Assembly (NCBI GenBank): GCA_963755715.1
Contig: CAVWLW010000027.1
Span: forward strand, 32,001 to 96,000
Direction: 5' to 3'
Length of the DNA stretch: 64,000 nt
Origin: an uncultured delta proteobacterium
Lineage (GTDB): Bacteria > Desulfobacterota > Binatia > UBA9968
Made by a program: the position numbers and the translations under genes. The notes under the pieces were generated by a model. That model was not told where the DNA came from and searched no databases. It saw only the letters and a program-made list of their open reading frames with translations. Below are positions 40,713 to 51,472 of the stretch, in pieces (within the stretch, counting starts at the first letter, position 1; every line of letters starts with the position of its first letter).

Positions 40713-42186
40713 TTAGAACGTGTAGCGCCAGTTAAGAATTACGTTCACCCAATCCCCACCGCCGCCGGGTCTACCGTTGGCCTTGTTGAAGATCTGGTTC
40801 TGCGCAGTAGCGCCATGGCCGTGCGGTTAGATTCGAGGCGTCGTACCAGATGATAATTGACGCCGACGCTCATACTCAGGCGCAACGAAGTACCAAAGAT
40901 CCCATTCCCGCAACAGCACCCTCTCACGGTGAAACTGACCGCCGTTTATAGTAGCGGGACAATTGTTACATTTAAAGTTGTCGCGCTCGAAGTGCGTGCC
41001 AAAAAGTATCGACCCCGGCGTTTGCGCTGAACCCGTCATAAAACCCTTCGGGCTCCAGACAAAGATATCGTGCGCGATCAAGAACACGTTGGCCGACGGG
41101 TCGCCTTTGAAGGCTTGGGCTACAACATGGCGTCTGGTTGCCGCCGTTGTAGAGTTCATGTTACCCGCTATGGCCCGTAACCGGTATGGCCCGACGGTGT
41201 ACTGAAACCCAAAATTGACGTAGTTCTGGCGGCCCGCGCCCACAAGCGTGCCCGTGTCATAAATGGTCGTTTGCGAGTTGGCGTCATTCTCGTTTTCCCG
41301 TACCCGCGAACGGTTACAGGAGTTCGGCTGCTACGGCGCGGGCGTCAACGGCGCAATACAACCAACCCATTTCAAATTTCAAACCGGAGAGCCATTTGTT
41401 CTTAACTTGGGAAAGCGGGTCGATCCCGAAAAACGCCACTAAGTCTCGCCTATCCGTAAACATAAAAGTGTTATCCGACCCCTTGCCTGGAATGGCATAA
41501 GCAAGCTGGAACCGCGAAATTCTTCCGGGAATGCCGATGCCGTCCAGCGAGCGATCATCCCAGTTAAAGACAATGCCAAATCCCGAACTGCCGGTATTGA
41601 AACCGTTGTTGCGGCTCATAAGATCGTAGTCCGCTTGAGCCCCCGTGGCGCTCGATCCTTGGCGGATCGTACCACCGGCGCTGGTCGAAACGTCGTTACC
41701 GAAATCAATCGTCGGCAGGAATGGATTCAAGTTCTCCGCATGGAAATGCACCACGGCCCGCTGAAACAGACTGTTGCCGCCAAAGCCGTCTTTATCGAAG
41801 GTCGATTCAATTTCCCACAAGCAGTTGTCGATGCAATAAAAGAAACCCGGCCGAAAACGCCGCGCCTCTATTTCGCCGTTGGTCCGCTCATACTGGTCCT
41901 GTCCCTGGTTAAAGTACATGCGCAAGTGCGATTCGATAGTCGCGCGAAAACCCCACGACTTATCTGCCGCTTCGATGTTCAACCCGTTGCCCGGACGATA
42001 ACTGAACGTCGGCAGCGCCGCGGCCGCCGCCGTGGCCTCCTTCTTCATCTCGACCTGCTGATCTTTTAACTGCGAGAGCTCCTGCTCGAGCGACTTGATC
42101 TTGTCATCGACGCTCTGAGCTCGCACCGTTCCAGCAGCTAAAAGAAACACAGTGAGCACAGTGAGTGCCCAAAACCTCTTCGCCAT
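40713..42186 (-). CDS. Outer-membrane porin-like beta-barrel with N-terminal coiled coil (frameshifted)
   Basis: Signal peptide, coiled coil, amphipathic strands; pieces 41314-42186 and 40827-41243; C-terminal LNWRYTF* (BAM-type terminal Phe). Confidence 0.75.
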
Positions 42187-42579
42187 ACTTGCCTCCTTTT
42201 TTCCGGCCTAAATTTTTTATTGCGTATTTTTCGTACTACTTTCGGCGGTTTTTAGCCTAACCATGGAAATCTGTCAAGCCTAAAGTTGTATATTAGGTAA
42301 AAATGTTTAGGCACATATGACTATAATAGAGTAAAAATGCTGACTTACCGGAGGGATAAGGCAATTTTAGCAACCCTAAAGTCTTATCTCATCGATGCTC
42401 AATTTAGGTCATAATATGAGGATTTTGTCGCTCCCGAAAAGCTCGAAGCCAGCGCACTTCCACGAGGAGAGAGCTCCCGCGCTTATCGAGACCGCTGTAG
42501 CACATTAGAGGAACTACCAAGGTCGTAGGTCTTTGCTAACTTGTGAAGACAATAAAGCTTCGGTAGATTTGCTGAATCG

Positions 42580-43342
42580 ATGTTAGCAAAGCGCATCATT
42601 CCCTGCCTGGATGTAAACGCCGGCCGCGTCGTCAAGGGAGTAAAGTTTCTTGACCTGCGCGACGCCGGCGATCCCGTTGAAATCGCCCAAGCCTATGACC
42701 GGGAAGGCGCGGATGAGTTGTGTTTCCTTGACATCACCGCGTCGCATGAGAATCGCTCGATCATCCTCGACGTCGTCGCGCGCACGGCCGAGCAAGTCTT
42801 TATGCCGCTCACGGTCGGTGGCGGTATCAACAAGATCGAAGATATTCGTGCGCTGCTAAAGGCGGGAGCAGATAAAGTTTCCATCAACACCGGCGCAGTG
42901 AACCGACCCGAGTTCGTCCAAGAAGCCGCGCAAATGTTCGGCAGTCAATGTATCGTCGTGGCGATCGACGCTAAACGAGGCCGGCAACCGCTGGGAAGTC
43001 TTTACTCACGGGGGGAGAAACCCCACGGGTATCGATGCCGGCGATTGGGCCGAACGGATGGAACACTCCGGCGCGGGAGAAATTCTTCTCACCAGTATGG
43101 ACCGCGACGGTACCAAGGCGGGATACGATTTAGCGTTAACTCGGATGATTTCCGAGCGCGTCAGTATCCCGGTTATCGCCTCGGGCGGTGTCGGCGATCT
43201 CGAACACATCTACGAAGGATTGACCCAAGGCAAGGCGAGCGCCGCGTTAGCCGCGTCGATTTTTCACTTTCGCGAGCACACGATTGCCGAGTGCAAGCGC
43301 TATCTCGAAGCCCGCGGCGTGCTGATACGCCCGGTCAACTGA
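42580..43342 (+). CDS. hisF: Imidazole glycerol phosphate synthase subunit HisF (frameshift ~42990)
   Basis: [49 protein letters not shown]. Confidence 0.95.
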
Positions 43343-43348
43343 GATTCG

Positions 43349-44586
43349 TTAGATTAAGCCCGTCCGCGCTTGGTTAAAATTAGCTGGCGCTTGGGACAGC
43401 GCCCGCTTGCGCGGTGGATCGAAGAAGGGCGTTTTCACTACGGTTGCGAGGACGGTCTTGCGCGCGTATTCGACCGTCACTTCCATGTCGAGCTCGGTGC
43501 CCAGCTTCAGCGAAGGCCTTTTCCACCGTCGCGAGCGCAAGGTATTTCTTCAGCGTCGGCGACCATGCGCCAGTCGTCGCATGGCCGATGTGTCGATCTT
43601 CTTTATAGATCGGCACTCCGCCACGCCACGCCGTGAGCGGGATCTGCGGTGGCAACCCCACTTGGCGAAATAGGTATTCATAGTCAGCGAGACTGATCTC
43701 CAAACCGACGATTTGCCGGGGCCACTGTTGGTTGGTGATTTTTTTTAAAGCCGGCCGACCGACAAAATGCTCCTTTTTCATGTCGACGGTCCAGCCCAGA
43801 CCGATTTCAAACGGCGAATAGCGCTGCGATGGCGATCATAGCTTTTTCCGCGCCGGTGTAGTCGACCTCCAGAAGAATAAATCCCGCCTCAAGCCGCGCC
43901 ACGTCGAGAGCCAACATACCCGCGGGTTTGATGCCGAACGCCTTGCCCTTCTCCATAAAAATATCCCAGACCGATAGGGCGTGCGCCGCGTCAAACCAGA
44001 TTTCATAACCCAAGTCGCCCGTGTAGCCGGTGCGCGAAACGATAACCGGAACGGCGCCGATCTTGGCGGCGATCAAGCGAAAAAAACGTAGACCGCTCAA
44101 GTTCCGATCGACAATTTGCTCCAGTATTTTAAGCGCGTTCGGCCCCTGGAGCGCCAGAGCGGCAATCTTTTCGGAAACCTCCTCAAGCGAGAGATCCATG
44201 CCGACGGCATTGAGCCTGAGCCAACGCAAACTCGAATCGGCCAGATGAAAACGAAAATAATCTTCCGCCAACCTGAACACCGTTCCGTCTTGAATCACCG
44301 CGCCATCGTCCTCGCATAGACAACCGTAGAGCGCCTGGCCGACGGCACATTTCGCGGCGTCCCGCGTGATTACCCGATCAACGAGTCGCAGCGCGTCTTT
44401 GCCGCGAATCTCATACTTGTAAAGTGGCGAGATGTCGATGAGTGCCGCCGTGTTGCGGATCGCGTGATATTCGTAGTCATGCATCACGTCGTAGGAGCTG
44501 GCGACGAAATAGCCGGACCAGGTGCGCCAGTTTTGACTGGCGCAGAGAGCCGACGTGCGAGAATGGAATGGAGTTCCGATGGGCAT
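43349..44586 (-). CDS. Aminomethyltransferase (GcvT-like folate-binding protein), frameshifted
   Basis: [57 protein letters not shown]. Confidence 0.88.
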
Positions 44587-44695
44587 TTGTCGTGTCGATG
44601 TTGGATTTGGGCGCGGATTGAATCGATAATCCCGCGGGTCTCGTTGACTTCGCAGACGAAATTACCAAATATGCTCGCTTAAGCAAATCGCCACT

Positions 44696-46285
44696 ATGCC
44701 CAACTATGACGCCATCATTATCGGCGCCGGCCACAACGGCCTCACCAGCGCAGCCTATCTTGCGAAAGCCGGGAAAAAAGTCCTCGTTCTGGAGCGCCGC
44801 CATGTGCTCGGCGGAGCGGCGGTCACCGAAGAGATCTATCCTGGTTTTAAGTATTCGGTCTGCTCCTATGTCGTGAGCCTGCTCCGTCCCGAAGTCATCC
44901 GTGATCTGGAATTGCCGAAATACGACCTCGAAATCATCCCGCTCGACAGCACGTTCACACCGATGCCGGACGGCAATTATCTGTTTCGTTGCGGCGATCA
45001 TGCGCGCACGCGTCGCGAGATCGCGCGCCACTCGGTTCCCGACGCGGAAGCCTACGAGGAGTACGGCCAATTGATGGTGCAGATGGCGATGGCGGTCAAG
45101 CCCCTGCTCGGCATGATCCCACCGGAGCCGACTACGTGGAACCCGAAGGACCTTTTCGGGCTGGCCCGAGTCGGCAATCATTTTCGCGGCTTGGGCGAGA
45201 AGCTTCTCTATGATCTGACCAAACTCATGACCATGAGCTCGGCGGATTTTCTCGACGAATGGTTCGAGACCGACGTGCTTAAAGCGACCATGTCCGCGAG
45301 CGGTATCATCGGCACATTCATGGGACCGCGCTCGCCGGGAACCGCTTACGTGCTGCTACATCATTATATGGGCGAGCTCGATGGCGCTTTTCGGTCCTGG
45401 GGTTTTGCCCGAGGCGGCATGGGCTCGATTAGTCGAGTCATTGCCGAGGCGGCACGCCATCATGGCGCGGAGATCCGAACTCAAGCGCCGGTCGACCAGG
45501 TATTGATCAAAAGCGGCCGCGCGTGCGGCGTCGTGCTCGCCTCGGGCGAAGAGATTCAGAGCAAAGTCGTCGTCTCGGGTGTCGATCCCAAGCGAACGTT
45601 TTTGAAAATGGTCGACGGGCGGCATCTCGATGCGGAATTCACTAAGCAAGTGAGCAATTTCAAAATCCGCGGCTCGTCGGCAAAAGTAAATCTGGCGCTC
45701 GATGCGTTGCCGAATTTCACCAGCATGCCGGGCGACGGTCTCCACTTAGCAGGAGCGGTCTCGATCAGTCCCAGTCTTGATTACATCGAGCGCGCTTACG
45801 ACGACGCGAAATACGGCGATTATTCACGCCGGCCCTACATGGATATCATCTTGCCATCGATGCTCGATCCGTCCATGGCGCCACCGGGCAAGCACGTCAT
45901 GTCGATCTTCGTGCAGTACGCGCCTTATCATCTAAAAAATGGCACCTGGCCGGAGAAACGCGAGGCGCTCGGCGATGCCGTGATCGAGACGCTGAGCGAA
46001 TACGCGCCTAATCTGAAAAACATCATCCTTCATCGCCAAGTCGTCACCCCGTGGGATCTCGAGCAGGAATTTGGCCTCACGGAGGGAAATATTTTTCAAG
46101 GTGAATTGACATTGGACCAGCTCTTTTTTCTCCGTCCCGTTCCTGGCTGGGCGAAATACCGCACGCCGATCAAGAATCTTTATATGTGCGGCGCCTGCAC
46201 CCATCCGGGTGGCGGTGTCATGGCAGCGTCGGGGCGCCTCGCGGCGCTGGAGATCCTGAAAGACATGAAACTGAGGTTGATCTAA
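44696..46285 (+). CDS. Phytoene-desaturase/PYROXD2-like FAD oxidoreductase A
   Basis: IIGAGHNGL, LGGAAVTEE, GLTEGNIFQG, THPGGGV. Confidence 0.88.
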   Translation: MPNYDAIIIGAGHNGLTSAAYLAKAGKKVLVLERRHVLGGAAVTEEIYPGFKYSVCSYVVSLLRPEVIRDLELPKYDLEIIPLDSTFTPMPDGNYLFRCGDHARTRREIARHSVPDAEAYEEYGQLMVQMAMAVKPLLGMIPPEPTTWNPKDLFGLARVGNHFRGLGEKLLYDLTKLMTMSSADFLDEWFETDVLKATMSASGIIGTFMGPRSPGTAYVLLHHYMGELDGAFRSWGFARGGMGSISRVIAEAARHHGAEIRTQAPVDQVLIKSGRACGVVLASGEEIQSKVVVSGVDPKRTFLKMVDGRHLDAEFTKQVSNFKIRGSSAKVNLALDALPNFTSMPGDGLHLAGAVSISPSLDYIERAYDDAKYGDYSRRPYMDIILPSMLDPSMAPPGKHVMSIFVQYAPYHLKNGTWPEKREALGDAVIETLSEYAPNLKNIILHRQVVTPWDLEQEFGLTEGNIFQGELTLDQLFFLRPVPGWAKYRTPIKNLYMCGACTHPGGGVMAASGRLAALEILKDMKLRLI

Positions 46286-46291
46286 ACCGCC

Positions 46292-47886
46292 GTGGCCACC
46301 TACGACGCGATTATCATCGGCGCCGGCCACAACGGGCTTGTGACCGCGGCTTATCTCGCCAAGGCGGGAAAGAAAGTTCTGGTTTTAGAGCGTCGCTCAA
46401 TCGTCGGCGGTATCGCGGTCACCGAAGAAATATTTCCGGGATTTAAATTCTCCACCTGCGCTCACTTGGCGGGATCGTTTTCCAGTGAGATCATTGCCGA
46501 CCTCGACTTGAAGAGCCACGGTTTCGAGCTGCTCACGCTCGATCCGCTTTTGTTTGTGCCAAGCCTCAATGGTCATTCTTTGCTGATCCCACGGGACTTT
46601 AACAAAGCCGCCGCGGAGATCGGACGCCATTCCAAGTTTGACGCAGACAAATACCCAGCGTTTTGTGCGCTTGCGAAGAATCTCTCAGCTTTTTTACAAA
46701 CTCTCTACGGCATAGCGCTGCCCGATAAAGCCAATCCGAGAAGTTTCAACCCGGCCGAGCTTCTGAAAATCGGCTGGAAGTTTCATCGTCTCGGTGAAAA
46801 AGAGATGTATGAGTTCCTGCGCGTCTTGCCTATGAGCGTCGCCGATTGGCTGAACGAGTGGTTTGAAAACGACTTGCTCAAAGCCACGTTGGCGGCGAGC
46901 GGCATCCTCGGTTCTTTTGTTGGCCCGCGCCAGCAAGGAACAGCGTTCAACCTGCTGCATCATCAAATAGGCGCATCGAACGGCGCTCTGCGAACGTCAG
47001 GCTTCGTCCGCGGCGGCATCGGCCAACTATCGCAAGCTCTCGCCAAGGCCGCCCAGCGGTTTGGCGTCGAGATCCGCACCGGCGCGGAAGTGCTCAAGAT
47101 CGTCACCAATAGCGGTGCCGCCACTGGAATCGTGTTACAGAACGGCGAGGAGATCGACGCAACGCAGGTGATTTCCAGCGCGGACGTGAAGCGGACTTTC
47201 TTAAAGCTGGTGGAGCCGACCTATCTTGGTCCGCATTTTTTACTCCAGGTACAAAACATCCGCGCCCGCGGCACCGTCGCCAAGGTTAATGTAGCGCTCG
47301 ATGCTCTACCCAAGTTCAAGAGCACGAACGATCATGACGCGGCTGCACTCGGTGGCATTATTCATATCGGTCCGACACTGGACTATTTGGAACGCGCCGC
47401 AGACGACGCCAAATATGGGCGATTTTCAGAACAGCCGTTTTTAGAAATTACCATTCCTTCGATCTCCGACCCATCGCTCGCGCCCACAGGCAAACACGTC
47501 ATGTCGATATGGATGCAGTCGGCGCCCTACGATCTCCGCGACGGCAATTGGAACGAGCGGCGCGACACCTTGGGCGACACAGTGGTAAACCTTCATCGAG
47601 GAATACGCGCCGGGGTTTAAGAATTCAGTCCTGCACCGCCAGATTCTCACGCCGCTAGACCTGGAACAGGAATACGGTCTTACAGGGAGGCCATCTCTAC
47701 CATGCCGAAATGGCTCTTGACCAAATCTTCTTCATGCGCCCGGTTCCTGGTTGGTCGCGTTATCACACGCCGATCGAAGATCTCTTCCTCTGCGGTTCCG
47801 GCACGCATCCCGGCGGCGGCGTTACCGGCCTCCCCGGCTATTACGCCGCCAAGGAAATCCTCAAAAATCGTTCTCGCCAAAAGTAA
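46292..47886 (+). CDS. Phytoene-desaturase/PYROXD2-like FAD oxidoreductase B (C-terminal frameshifts)
   Basis: Paralog of A; tail GSGTHPGGGVTGLPGYYAAKEIL read in another frame to TAA at 47886. Confidence 0.85.
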
Positions 47887-47964
47887 GCTTTCACCTAGGA
47901 TTTTTTCGTCTACCGTGATAGACGAAAGGCGGTTTTGTCGAGTTGTTTCTCAGGACTTAAGCGA

Positions 47965-48948
47965 ATGAAGTTGTATCTCGGTCTTTTAGAAAGCTCTCGC
48001 CCCGATCAAACTAGAATCTTTACCGAGATCGATGGCAGGCTCATCGACGTAAACCTCGCCTATGCGGCTTATCTCCAACAGTCACCAAATAATCCGGCAA
48101 GCGCGTACGAGCTCGCCGATTTCTATTTCCCCGGAACCATCGCGGCGTTTCTCGAACGAGGCGAGCCTGCGCGAAAAGCGTTAGCTGAGGTTATGGCATT
48201 CGCACGCTGCGGCGGCGGCGATCTTCGCGGTCCCGGCGCCGAGAAGATTTCTTATGCCGTCACTGAAGTAAAAATCTTGCCGCCGTTATTGGATCCGGAA
48301 AAATCCTTCGTGATCGGCTTTTCCGATAAGGCTCGCACGGAAGCGATGCCAAAAGCGGAAATCCCCACCGGCTACTATAAATTGCCCCAGACCTTCGTGT
48401 CATCGGGCGCACCGATTGTTTGGCCGAAATTTTCCGAGGAAATTGACGCCGACGCCTGTCTGGCCATCGTCATCGGTAAGCCGGGAAGGCGAATTCCGCT
48501 CGAAAGAGCTTGGGATCATGTCGCAGGAGCAACGTTAATCATCGACATCACCGCCCGCGATATCAACAAACGCGAAGGGCTGACCACCAACAATCTTCTC
48601 GGCAAAAACTTTCCGTCGAGCACCTGCATCGGACCTGCCCTGTTATTGCAACCCGCACGCGAAGAACTCGAAAGGATAGAAGTCGACCTTTCGCTCGACG
48701 GCGCCGTCAAACAAAAGTTCGCGCTGCGCGATTGCGTTTTCACCGTCGAACAAATCATTGCCCGCTGGTCGATCCTCGGCATCAAGCCCGGCGACTGGCT
48801 CGCCATCGGCGCCAGCATGGCGATGGCAGGCGATCGGCTGCAAAATCCTGTGCCGCTCAAAATCGGCTCGACGATCCGCTGCTCTTCAACGGCGATCGGC
48901 GAACTATCGCACCAAGTCGTCGTCGCAGCGGAAGGCGTGCGCCGATGA
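47965..48948 (+). CDS. Fumarylacetoacetate-hydrolase-like protein, degenerate active site
   Basis: FAH fold (LAIVIGK, DITARD, GKNFP, LKIG) but DADACL where DYEVEL is expected. Confidence 0.7.
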   Translation: MKLYLGLLESSRPDQTRIFTEIDGRLIDVNLAYAAYLQQSPNNPASAYELADFYFPGTIAAFLERGEPARKALAEVMAFARCGGGDLRGPGAEKISYAVTEVKILPPLLDPEKSFVIGFSDKARTEAMPKAEIPTGYYKLPQTFVSSGAPIVWPKFSEEIDADACLAIVIGKPGRRIPLERAWDHVAGATLIIDITARDINKREGLTTNNLLGKNFPSSTCIGPALLLQPAREELERIEVDLSLDGAVKQKFALRDCVFTVEQIIARWSILGIKPGDWLAIGASMAMAGDRLQNPVPLKIGSTIRCSSTAIGELSHQVVVAAEGVRR

Positions 48949-49895
48949 AGCTCGTCACTTTCATCCATCAAGATCAGGAACGCATCGGCGCCGTCGATAA
49001 CTTTGACCGTATTGTCGATTTGCATCGGGCGTATGGGTCTTATCTACGACAAATCGAATCGAACCCCATCGGTGATCGGTTGGCTGAGATTGCCCTTGGC
49101 CGCGATATGGTAGAATTCTTGAAACGCGGTGAAAAAGCTTTCGACGCAGCGCGCAAAGCTCTGGCTCATGCGGAAAAGGCGAAAGCAGACACCAGTATAG
49201 TCCTCGACCCCGCGCAGGTTCGTCTCAAATCTCCTGTGCCGCGCCCCGGCGCGCTGATATCTGCCGGGAAAAATTTTTCCGATCACGTCGCCGAGATGGC
49301 GTCGAAGAAGGGCCCCGCCGCACCGGTGGCATTTCTCAAGCTACCGGGAACGGTGATCGGCCCCGAAGACGATATCCCGCATCCGCCGGAGGTAAAAAAT
49401 TTAGATTACGAAGTTGAGCTCGCTATCGTGATCGGCAAACCTTGCGTCGACGTGACCGCGGAAGAAGCTTTGAACTACGTCGCCGGCTACTCTGCGTTCA
49501 ATGATATCAGCGCCCGCGACGTCATCCGCGGAGAAAACAAAAATGGTATCCATCTCATGGGCAAAAGCTTTCCGGGCTTTGCGCCGATGGGTCCCTATCT
49601 GGTAACGACTGACGAAATTCCTGATCCGCAAAATTTGAAACTGCGACTTTCCGTCAACGGCGAAATCCGTCAGGATTCAAATCTGAGCTACATGATTTTC
49701 AAAATTCGCGACATGATCGCCTACTGGTCGCAGATGGGCCTCAATCCCGGCGACGTCCTAACAACCGGCACGCCGCGCGGCGTCGCCGCCGGACGAAAAC
49801 CCGATCAAACACCGTGGTGGCTCAAACCCGGAGACGTCGTCGAGGCCGAAGTTGAGAATATCGGTCTGCTCAAAAACCGTATCGTTGCCGAATGA
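48945..49895 (+). CDS. Fumarylacetoacetate hydrolase family protein
   Basis: GKNFSDH, DYEVELAIVIG, NDISARD, GKSFPGFAPMGP, PGDVLTTGTP. Confidence 0.9.
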   Translation: MKLVTFIHQDQERIGAVDNFDRIVDLHRAYGSYLRQIESNPIGDRLAEIALGRDMVEFLKRGEKAFDAARKALAHAEKAKADTSIVLDPAQVRLKSPVPRPGALISAGKNFSDHVAEMASKKGPAAPVAFLKLPGTVIGPEDDIPHPPEVKNLDYEVELAIVIGKPCVDVTAEEALNYVAGYSAFNDISARDVIRGENKNGIHLMGKSFPGFAPMGPYLVTTDEIPDPQNLKLRLSVNGEIRQDSNLSYMIFKIRDMIAYWSQMGLNPGDVLTTGTPRGVAAGRKPDQTPWWLKPGDVVEAEVENIGLLKNRIVAE

Positions 49896-49928
49896 CAAAT
49901 TTCAAAGCCGATCACGAGGAGCACTAGA

Positions 49929-50804
49929 ATGGCAGCCGGTACAAAATCAGTCCTTCATCCCACCGGCCTCGTGCACGGCCACAGCGAATGCCGCTATCTC
50001 GACGAGAGCATCCCGGTATTGACGCAGGTTTTGGCTTTGGATCTCGTTCAGCGGCGCGATCATGAAGCGGTGCTGAAGCACCCGAATACCGGCTGGAAAT
50101 TAATCCTGCACGAAGGCGGCGCTGAGGTGAAAGACAAGCCCGAGCGCAATCATTACGGCGTGCGCGTGTCGAACAACGAAGAAGTCGATCGCGCTTACCA
50201 ATATCTTCTGGCAAACAAGGAAAAGCTCGGCCTTAAAAAAGTTGTGAAGCGCAAGGAGCGCGCCGGTTCGTATTCGATGTTTCTTGTCGAACCCGGCGGC
50301 AACTACTGGGAAATTGAATCTTACGAGAATCGCCACAAAGCCGGTTTGCCCGAACCTATCGCCTATCCGTGGAAAACCAAGCTCACTGAAGAAAGACTTC
50401 CCGGCTGTGGCTACATTCCGCAGGCAATGACCCACGGCACCCTGGAGTGCGTCGACTTGGACGCATCGGTAAAGTTTTACAAAGAGGGCTTGGGGCTCGA
50501 CGTCATTACCCACGTTCCAACCGTCAAACCCCATGACATCAAGCATCCTTCGACCCCTTGGTATATTGCGAGCCTCGAGATTCCGGAAAAAAACCGCAAA
50601 TACTTAACGCCGCTGCAGCGATATACCGTGGCCGTCGATTCACCAAGCGCGCTGACGAAGCGCGCATGACGAATTGCAAAATCGCCGCGAAGAGTTCGGC
50701 ATCACGGCGATCGAACGCGATCGAGGACATCGTCTGACGGGCAAGCCTTTTTGCTGAGTGATCTCAACCGCAACTGGTGGGAGATCGCCTACATGCGAAA
50801 CTAG
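49929..50804 (+). CDS. Multi-domain VOC/glyoxalase family protein (frameshifted)
   Basis: HGHSEC, NHYGVRV, EPGGNYWEI, HGTLEC; tail DLNRNWWEIAYMRN* in another frame. Confidence 0.75.
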
Positions 50805-50841
50805 CTGGCTGGAGATGTTCACATTACGATCCATCGCTCGA

Positions 50842-50974
50842 ATGAACGTTAGAGCGGTAATTTCAAACGAGCACCGTTCTGTCTTTTTCTAGCTTAGCGC
50901 TGGTGGTTGCCGCGCAGGCCCAGCCTATCAAGCTCAATGTCGCTTACACTTCGACTGCTGGACATCGCAATTGA
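50842..50974 (+). pseudogene. 5' stub of a substrate-binding protein gene
   Basis: ..SSLALVVAAQAQPIKLNVAYTSTA then abrupt stop; resembles the N-termini of the other SBPs here. Confidence 0.45.
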
Positions 50975-51443
50975 GTCCTCGATGAAATCGAGGTCGGTGC
51001 TTGGGCAGCTAGAGTTAGAGCACCTGCATCTTCGCACTGGCGAAAAAGAGTCTATGTTCTGAATAGCCCGCCAACGGAGTCATCGGATCAAGTCACCATT
51101 CGGCAGATTCACACAGAGATCTTTATCGCGTCGGTTCCCCGCTCAGGAGAATCGTCATCCCCGCAGGGCGACAGTAATTTGGTAATGGTGTATTGACACC
51201 AATTCAGCGAAGGCCTTGTTGGTCAACTCACCAAATGTAAGACCAAAGTCGTGTAACGTTATTTCTCACAGCTACCAGTTTGAGATACACCGAAGAAAGT
51301 CTCAGGATTTTCTGAGAGAAGCTTCTAAGGGCTTTAACAAGCAGCGTTTCAGCCGCAAGAATGATCTCATCTCAAGTAACCTTTTCTTGCTAAGATCAAA
51401 CCTTAGCGGACGGCCGGCAAGAAACAGAGTTCAGATTAAGCCA

Positions 51444-51472
51444 TTGACAGCATACGACTTTAGTTGTAAATG
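51444..51472 (+). promoter_or_regulatory. Sigma-70-like promoter with a 7-2-7 palindrome in its spacer
   Basis: TTGACA-17-TAAATG with TACGACT-TT-AGTTGTA at 51453-51468; second site TAAGACC-AA-AGTCGTG at 51238. Confidence 0.55.

Noticed and set aside
44696-47886. Carotenoid biosynthesis (crtI)
   Set aside because: No crtB/crtE; motifs and GcvT neighbourhood fit the PYROXD2-like subgroup
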